Assembly (NCBI GenBank): GCA_029717555.1
Contig: JAMDHS010000002.1
Coordinates: forward strand, 186,001 to 250,000
DNA from: Peribolospora baueri
Taxonomy: Eukaryota
Reading direction: 5' to 3'
DNA: 64,000 bases
Shown: piece after piece, positions 55,617-64,000 of the stretch
Layout of the letters: every line of letters starts with the position of its first letter
Numbering within the stretch: position 1 is the first letter of the stretch
Program-made: the position numbers and the translations under genes
The notes under the pieces: generated by a model
What the model was told of the DNA's origin: nothing
The model's input: only the letters and a program-made list of their open reading frames with translations
Database searches by the model: none

Positions 55617-55953
55617 GCGGAAGGGAGTGAGGTAGTTTGGGGATTGGGCGGGAGGGAAGAGGAGCGGTCTGATGAAAAAAGGCGTCTGCTCTGGGTTTGC
55701 TCTGGGCTGCATAGAAGGCGACGTATGAAGTTAACGATCCGCACGAACCCTTTTTTTACGAAACACGATTGAACTATCGTGCGGATTCGCGTGCGACGCG
55801 ATGTGTGCATCGAGAAAGCTCGGCGCGGCATGAGGATAGAGTAGAGGACAGGCTAGATTTACATGAGAGGGAGAGAAGGATAGGGACATGGGGATGCCCG
55901 TGCAGCCTATCGGGCTAGGCGTGCTCAAGGACACAGGGAGACGCAGCGAACGG

Positions 55954-56920
55954 TTATGCGCCTCGGCCGCGGAAACCACCCCTCCCACCGCCGCGGCCGC
56001 CTCCTCCGCGCGAGAACCCTCGTCCAGGCGGGCCGCCCCTGCCTCTTGGTCCTCCACGACCGCGACCACCAAATCCGCCGCCCCTCGGCGCGCCCCTCCC
56101 CCGCGGCCCACCTCTTCCTCCTCTCCCACCCCCAGCACCCTTCTTAGACTTGATAACCGACTTGGGCTTAGGCAGGAAGCGCTCGATGGGAAGGAGTTTG
56201 TCGCTGCCGATGTACACCTTGTCGCCGTCCTTGAACGAACTGGCCACCATGCCACTGTCCATCTTGACAGTGAAGTACACCTCGTTGATTGGGCCCAGGA
56301 TTTCGTCCACCTTTCCGATTTGGGATTTGTTCTAGCGACGCGGACAACGGTGAGGGCGGGTGAGCGAGAGAACTTCCAGTCCGGCAGAGACGAACAAATA
56401 TGCGGATAAGTGCCAGATCTGGGCAAGAAATCTCACCTGCAAGTAGATGGGCGCATTGAAGTAGGGGACGTGCGTGCCGTTCGTGGAAGCGCAGACCATC
56501 TCTCCTTCGACGGCTTGCCTGAAGGTGCCCATCTCTGCACGACAGGAGAATAAGAGAGGATGGAGAGAAGCGATGTAGGAACGCCGTAAGCGCGATGGCA
56601 TACTTGCGAGGGAGATAGGAGAAGCGAGCAAGACGTTGGCTCACCTTGCACCGTATCCGGTGGCCCCATGTCCCGCTGAAAGCCGCCCCTTCCGCCTCCT
56701 CGGCCAAAGCCTGGCGAGACACAAGCGAGCAAATACAGTAAGTCTATGTCTCAACATGAATGGATCGTGACACTCCAAATACTGGATTTCGACAAACGGG
56801 CCAGGGACGACGCTTTCACTCACCACCACCACGTCCGCCCCCTCGCCCTCCCCGGTCCCCCCCGAAGCCCCCTCTACCACCACGCGGAGCACCGCGGAAA
56901 CCGCCTCTTGAAAAGCTCAT
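55954..56920 (-). CDS. GAR1: H/ACA snoRNP subunit Gar1
   Basis: RGG-rich N- and C-termini; [49 protein letters not shown]. Confidence 0.96.
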
Positions 56921-57290
56921 GCGTTCGTTTGTTCTGTTCGCGGGGCTGAGAGACCGACTGCGACGGCGGGCGCGACGACGAAGAACTGTAAGTACACGTC
57001 CGACGACGTATGACCTCGACCCCGACCTTGGCCTTTCTCACTTTCTTCTCCGCCGCAGTCACCGCAGGTGCCGCGGGCCGCAGCAGCCTGGTGATCGGGG
57101 CTCGGGCGACACCCAAACACGACCACAACTTCCTCAATACCTTCGCAGCTATACTTCACTGTCACCGCCGGCGCCGACGTCGGGTTCGGCTTGCAAGTGG
57201 CCACTGATATTGACGGCGAAGTCAAGGACGTGTCCTCGGTCGTAACTCCAAGTCTAGTCTGCAGTCTATAGGAGAGATCGACCAAGAAAG

Positions 57291-58991
57291 ATGGCCAACA
57301 CGACGGTCAGGGGCGCCGTCTCCATCCACGGCTCGAACCCTCAGGTGAGTTTCAGGAGACGGCCGAAGAGGAACCTGCGCTCGTGCCCCAGCGTAACACC
57401 GTTGGAAGTGCTTGTGTGCTCTGGTCTTACCAGGATGGCACATTTGTCACAAGTCAGGTTCTAGTAGATTTGCAGACCCGCTGACGAGCGATACGCTTGT
57501 CTCCCTCGCCATCCTGTTCATCCGACGACGAAGTTCCTGGTGGAGAAAGTCATCCGAAGTAGGATATGGGAGTCCACGTATTGGAAGGAGCACTGTTTTG
57601 CGTTGACGGGTGAGTGAGCGAGCGAGCGCGGCGTCCTTCAGTCTTGTGCGCATGCTCCGTGTCTGTCGCCTCTGCCCGTGTGCCTCGTTTCATTTTTCAA
57701 GACCAAATAATGACTCTCCTCCTCTCTCCTCGTTTGTCCCCTTCTCTTATACAACTTTGGTCCTTCTTTGACCCTTAACCAGCGGAGTCTATCATTGACA
57801 AAGCCATCGAACTCCACAGCATTGGAGGCACCTACGCCAACACCCGGCCGAGCCCATTCCAGTGCCTACTGCTCAAGCTCCTGCAGATCCAGCCCGAAAA
57901 GGAGATCCTCGTCGAGTATTTGCAAGCAGAAGAGTTTAAGTGAGTGCAATCGTTTTGAGGGCCTGTGTTCTTGTTTTGATGGCGTTTCTGGTGGCGTCGT
58001 CTGCGTCGCGCGGAACGGAACGCTGACCGAGATACTTCTTTCCTCTACTTTTTCACGCCTTTCCCATCAACCCTGCCCGTGGAAACAGGTACCTCCGCGC
58101 TCTGGCTGCAATGTACATCCGCATGACATTTCGCTCCGTGGAGGTGTACGAGCTGCTCGAGCCCCTGCTGAACGACTATCGCAAGTTGCGGTTCAGGTCT
58201 CAAGGCGAGTGCTCGTTCTGCTGATGTGGGCGTTCTATTCGATCCGAGACGTTCCTGTTCTGTCCATATTTGCTGATGCATGTGACTTTTCATTTCTGAC
58301 GTTATTGACAGGCGGCTACTACCTAACGTACATGGACGAGTTCATCGACTCGCTCCTTAACGAGGAGCGCGTCTGCGACCTCATTCTGCCCCGACTCACC
58401 AAGCGCGATGTGCTGGAGGATACGGAGGGGCTGCGACCGAGGAAGAGCAAGCTAGCGGATGTGATGATGCTGGACGAAGAGAGCGATGCTGAGAGCGCAA
58501 GTGGGAGCGAGGCGGGGAGAGGGAGAAAGAGGAGGAAGAAGTCATTGGGGTTGGGAACGAATGGCGACAGGACCGACGGACTGGACGGTCCGCCCAGTTC
58601 GTCTTCGAGCCGAAGCAGGAGCGCTAGTCGATCCGTCTCTTCGGGGGGATACGTCTCTCGGTCGCCTTCTCGCTCGCGCTCGCGGTCACCGTCTGTGGCG
58701 TCTTCAGCGGAGGGTGGAGGGCGAGGGCGGTACGTGTCTCGGTCACCATCTCGCTCTAGCTTGTCACGGTCACGATCACCGTCTCCGTCACTGCCACGAC
58801 CGGACTCGCCGCACCGGGACCGAGGTTCAGAGACCGACGGCGGCGATGGAGAGAGAAAGCAGACGCGGACGAGGGAAGAGAGGCCGGGGTCGAAGGACCG
58901 ATCGGGGAGATCACCCTCTCCCGCTTCATCTTTCGTTTCCAGATCGCCTTCGCGCTCCCTTGATCGGAGGTCGACGACGAGCGCCACCTAA
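57291..58991 (+). CDS. PRP38: Pre-mRNA splicing factor Prp38 with RS-rich tail
   Basis: MANTTVRGAVSIHGSNPQ|FLVEKVIRSRIWESTYWKEHCFALT; CLLLKLLQIQPEKEI; KYLRALAAMYIR; YMDEFIDSLLNEERVCDLILPRL; RSPS repeats. Confidence 0.95.
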
Positions 58992-59861
58992 GCCCTCTAA
59001 GCCGGTGTTTTTTACGATCCTCCTGGGGGTCGACACATGAAAACGAAGTGGAGATTGTCGTGAGTGACTTGAAACAGACTTCGCTCGACGGCTCTCGATG
59101 CTATGAAACTTTAGAGGGAGTCTCGTCGCGACGGAGGAGAAAAAGGGGGAGAAGATAGGAAAGGGGGAGAAGAGAGGAGGCGCCGATGCGATCTCTGTCC
59201 ACGGGTTTTCTAGGCCCGCCTCCCCGACGGGGAGTAAATGGCTTCTAACTCATGTGATCAAGTTATCATAGCCCAGTGCCGTTTCGTCATTGATCGCGTG
59301 GGTGAACGGGAGAAGGAAAAGGGCGGGGAGGGAAAAGACATTGGAGGTTGTGGTCGCTTCCTCCCTCTCCCACTCACTCATTCACTCGCTCACCGTGGAC
59401 TCGTGCGCTTGTAGAACGTCGCGGGGAGGTCAGCAAGGAAGCGAGCGGCAAGGGTGAAGGGTGACGAGCGCACGGCGACGTGCCATTTTCGGTGTTGGCA
59501 GGGGATGGAGGGCGAAAGGAGAAACGAGGTGGGCGGTGGTCATCTATTTATATGGTTAGGTCTCTCTCTTACGCGCCTTCGCACGCTCGCAGCCGAAATC
59601 GCGTCGCCCGAAATGAGCGCCCAATGCGGGGCCCAGTGAGGAATAGGAACGTGGCGCGCGTGAAGGAGAGAGACCAGAAGAAAAGAAACTCTTGTCGCCT
59701 TTGTAACCCTCCCAGCGCTCCACTCGGCGTTCGTCCTTTTGTCCTTCACATGCAGCCAGACTCAGCCCCCAACGCCGACCGTCGCTTCTCGCCTCTGCCC
59801 CGCCCTTTGCCCAGCGAAGCTTAGTATGGCCCCATCCCTCGCGCACGGGCCGATCCTCCTC

Positions 59862-59880
59862 CCACGTGATCATCACGTGG
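59862..59880. promoter_or_regulatory. Palindromic double E-box CCACGTGAT-C-ATCACGTGG
   Basis: Perfect 9-bp inverted arms around one base, containing two CACGTG, about 170 nt upstream of the GS-like ATG. Confidence 0.5.
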
Positions 59881-60050
59881 CCAGCCCCATCCATCGCGGT
59901 GTCCGGGGCCCTTTATCTCGCCCCGGTCGGGAGACGACGAGAGCGTCGGCACTCGCTCCTCCCTTTGCTGCTGCCTCGTCCACATCTCGCTTGCAAAGAA
60001 AGGGAACAGGAGCTGAACTCAGCGATAGCGAGGTGAAGCCGGAGTAAGAC

Positions 60051-62949
60051 ATGGCCGAACTCGTCCACTCCAGCAAACGTGCCTCCTCCGGCGCTCCGTC
60101 GCCTAGGCCGACGACCTTGCAAGAGGTTGAGGCGCTGCTGTCGAACGACACCAAAGTCAAGGTCGCTGTGAGTTGGGCCCTGTCATTACCTACCCGTTTT
60201 GCTTGTTCGTCAGCCAGCTGGCCGCGGCCTGCTGGGCGACACCTTCTCACGTCTGGCTCTTCTTCGTGCCGTTCCAAATCCTCTCACTCAAACGTCCGCC
60301 CCTCTCTTTCATATCGGCCACCGCGACACTTCAGGGTGTAGACGTAGATGGGGTTCTCAGAGGCAAGGTGATGGCCAAGAACAAGTTCCTCAAGGCGTGT
60401 AAAGACGGCTTCGGCTTCTGCTCCGTCATCTTCGGTTGGGATATCCACGACCACGCTTGTTAGTCGTCGTTTTCTTTCAGTGGCGTCCCTTTTCAGAGCA
60501 CATGGCCAAGGACGAGAAGATATAGGGAAACTACTCTCTCTTTCTACTTGTATGGGGTATATGTGCGAGGCGGAACTACCCGTGCAGGAGGAGGAGCCGC
60601 CGTCTGAATTCTTTCTTCCCTCCCTTCCTTCACTCGTCGTCATCCCTCCCGTCTCGCCCTACAGACACCCAAGAGCTCTCCATCTCCTCCTCTGCCAACG
60701 GCTACAAAGACCTCCTGGCTCGCATAGATCTCTCTAGCTATCGCCGTCTGCCCTGGGAGGATGATGTGGCGCTTTTCCTCGTCCACTTTTGGGACCCCGA
60801 TTCGGCAGAGAGGATCTGTGCGGACCCGAGGGGGGTGTTGAAGGGCGTCACAGAACGATTGGAAGCGTTGGGATTTGAGGCAATGTGAGTATAGGGTCTG
60901 TAGTGCGTTGAGACAGGAGAGTGTGAAAGGTTTCTTTTGTACCGCTTGCATTTGGAGCTCGCTTATCTCTTTCGATCGTCGCACCTGGCTTCCATCAGGG
61001 CGGGCTCGGAATATGAGTACTTCACCGTAAGTCTAAACCTCCGGTAATGGAGGAACGTCGCAAAGCATGCTGACCTTTTGCTTGATGCCTCATCCCTCCA
61101 TCAGTTTGCAGAGACCCCTCAGAGCGCCGCGGAGAAGAAATACCGAGATCTCAAGCCTCTCACGCCTGGCATGCACGGTTACGTGAGTGGTCCGCCCCAC
61201 CCTTACGACCACGCATTTCCCCGCTAGTCCGATTCCTCTCACCGTTCTCCTCCCCGCCTGTTGAACTCGGCAGTCGATGCTTCGGCCGGCTCTCAACAAG
61301 GACTGGTTTTACGAAGTCTTTGACGTCTGTACCGGCCCACTCGGCATCCCCATCGAGGGGCACCACACAGAAACCGGCCCTGGCGTGTTCGAGACCGCTC
61401 TCGGTGAGTATCATGGGCTTTATTTCCTTCTGTTTCGGATGTGCCCCTTACCTTGCTTATGCTCCATTACTTGGGGTTTGGGACGAATGATCAGAGTACA
61501 CGAACGCAGAGAGGATGGCCGACAAGTGGGTCTATCGGAACGATTGCCTATGTTGCCTTCTGCTTTTTGAACCATTCGTTTGATGTTGACTTTCGCTGGC
61601 ACCGGCCGACCAGCGCCATCCTGTTCAAGCTGGCCGCCAAGTCGTTGGGATACAAGTACGGGATCATGCCCACGTTCAGTGAGCCCGTCCACCTTACCAG
61701 CTCGCTCCGCTCCTTACAAGTGAAGGACTGATCAGGAGACCCTGACATCCTCCACCACTCTTATCTGTGACTAATGAAAGTGGCTAAGCCACATAGCGGT
61801 CTTCCAGGCACCTCAGGCCACACTCACGTCTCCCTGCGCTCCTTGGAGACGGGTAGGAACGTTTTCGCCGTGACACTCGAAGAGGCGGAGAGCGGGGGTC
61901 GCAAAGACGCACAGTACGAGGACACAAAGTACATCTCGCAGCAGGCTGAGTGGTTCCTTGCTGGCGTGCTCAAGGGTCTGCCGAGCGTCGTGCCGCTCAT
62001 GGTGCCTACCGTCAACGGGTGCGTTGGGTGTGGTAATGCCGTCCTCCCACAGACTCTCGGAAATTATATCTGTTTTATCGATCCAATGCCTCACCCTCCC
62101 TGTCACTGACTCGCGCTCCAGTTACAAACGCCTGGTCCCTTCCTTCTGGGCGCCCACGCAAGTTTCTTACGGCTACGACGACCGCACGTCGAGCGTGCGC
62201 ATCATCTCCCCTCCCAGCTGCCCACCCGAGGCGACGAGGTTCGAGATCCGATTACCAGGCGCCGATGTGGGTTTGTCGGTCTAACCTGGCTCAGGCTCGG
62301 GGGCCAGCTGTAGACGACTGTAGGCTTGGCTCTGGTCTGACAACTTTTTCTCCCTTCACTCTCACCATCTCGGTACGCAGATGAACCCCTATTTCACCTT
62401 CGCTTCCATCCTTGCCCTCGGCCTGCACGGCATCGAACAAAAGCTCCCTCTTCCCTTCTCCCCTCAGTCCGCCGAAGCCAAAAGGTCAGCAGACATAGGC
62501 GCCAGTCTCGCTTCCGCTGATGGATCGGTGGACAGGAAGTTGCCGGCGAGCTTGGCCGAGGCTACGCAGGCTATGGCTGGGAAGGGCTCCTTGGCGAGGA
62601 AGGCGCTTGGCGGTGAGTTGAGCGGTCGGCTGGTCTCGCCGTTTTTACTGGCCCTTCTTATGATACTGATGCTCTTTTCATTTTTTATCTAGACGCCTTC
62701 ATCGACCACTACGCTGCAACAAGAGCTCACGAGGCGAAGCTGTACGCCGAGGCTGTCACCGACTGGTGAGTAGATGCCTGCCGTGTTCCTATCGCGCCGC
62801 ACTCGGCGAGCTACCTTTATCGATCCCACTTTGCCCGTGTCGGGTTTGGAGCGCTCGTCTTTTGACATTGCGCCGCGCCGCCTTTGCTCTCTTTTGTTTT
62901 TGTCCGACGCCGATGCAGGGAGATGGCCCGGTACTTCGAGCTTACCTGA
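60051..62949 (+). CDS. Glutamine synthetase type I-like gamma-glutamyl ligase
   Basis: GVDVDGVLRGK; FGWDIHD; LEYEYF; HHTETGPGVFE; KPHSGLPGTSGHTHVSL; YKRLVPSFWAP; RFEIRLPGAD|MNPY; ends WEMARYFELT*. Confidence 0.88.
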
Positions 62950-64000
62950 CATGTAGATGGAGGATAAGATGGCGGCCCGGGACAAAGGGAATACGGTAGT
63001 CTTTCTGTACTCCTACTTGGTCCTATTTTCAGACCCGGGTTGGGACTTGTTTCGATCAAGGACACTGATCATATCCCTTGGAACGCGCGTGGAAGGAATT
63101 TGCAGTCATTCATGCTTATGGTCGATGTTTCGCGTATGATCACCGAAGGTCCGGTCGGGAGGAACTTGCCTTGGCCGAATGTTTGCCATCGACATCGTCA
63201 TTCAATTGCTGACAAGCATGCATAGATTACAACCCTTGGGTGACGAAAAAAAGCTGATTACTTCTTTCCCGGCTTCCACCGCTGAATTGCATATACTCAC
63301 TCTTCCCTCCTTGGCCCAGTCCTCCACCGGGACATGGACCGCATTCCGACGCTGGCCTTGCATCACGACCCGCGTTTCTTTGGTAAGACGTGAGCGTTGC
63401 GATTGGATCGAACTGAGTCGCCGCGACCGTCGTAGGGACGAGCACCCGTCTTCTACGCCAGCAAGATGCTGTTGGAGGAAGACCATCATTCGGATGGCAG
63501 CCCCTCGCTGGAGGTGTCCGAAGTCTCCACCTCGTTATGGAGGGTCGCTCCGTGCGGTTGCGTGATGACCGCAAGGTAGAGAGGTGAGTTAATTCACGCA
63601 CGTCCTTTGAGTGGGGATGGTGTCGTGATGATTGTAGTGGTATTTCAGACCGCTCGCCCACGCGAAGGGTACAGTCACCCCAACTCGTGGCGAGGATGGT
63701 GACCAATATCTTTCCAAAGTGCCTGAACACATAATTCCCCCCCCCCCTTCCTTCTGGGTTGTGTTCTCCCTCCTTCTTTAGTTTTGTGCCCAGTCTGACC
63801 TGACCTCCCCTTGGCACCCTTCTTCCCTTCTAGCTCATCTTCCGAGTGACAAAGGTGGACACCACGCTGCGCTTCCTTGTAGCCGCCTCCGCCTCCACGA
63901 ACGCCACCACGGGATCCTCCACCTCCACCACCTCTGGATCACACAAAACCACTCTTCCTCGTCCAGCTGCACCTGAATGGACTAGCCATGCACATCTGTT

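Noticed and set aside
63227..64000. Gly-rich open stretches on the minus strand at the window end
   Set aside because: No frame gives a recognisable protein or transposon domain; sequence beyond the window is needed.

Overview
Intron-rich, GC-rich eukaryotic DNA from a fungus, most likely a basidiomycete (inferred from GTGAG donors, introns of about 60-150 nt and the protein families). About 22 spliced protein-coding genes could be read by hand: SMP3/PIG-Z (partial), a She10-like HDEL protein, an ADP1-type EGF-ABCG transporter, the molybdopterin synthase large subunit, a stand-alone response-regulator receiver protein, PAN2, a T5orf172/Mug113-like protein, a RING protein, tropomyosin, DBP4, SEN2, KRR1, eIF2B-epsilon, two tandem Sso syntaxins, a G/N/S/Q-rich repeat protein, a small SVIP-like protein, a Yvc1-like TRP channel, GAR1, PRP38 and a GSI-like ligase. 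No rRNA, tRNA, CRISPR array or clear transposon was seen. Three observations stand out. (1) KRR1 appears to need a one-nucleotide exon to stay in frame, and a competing upstream acceptor would give a stop-containing exon. (2) A three-exon 31-aa single-pass membrane microprotein, not present as a whole in the ORF track, lies just downstream of the Sso pair. (3) One of the tandem Sso paralogs has Asp instead of the near-invariant Gln at the SNARE ionic 0-layer, plus a QNQY/GGYG repeat N-terminus. All exon structures and family calls come from manual reading and recalled motifs; no searches were run.
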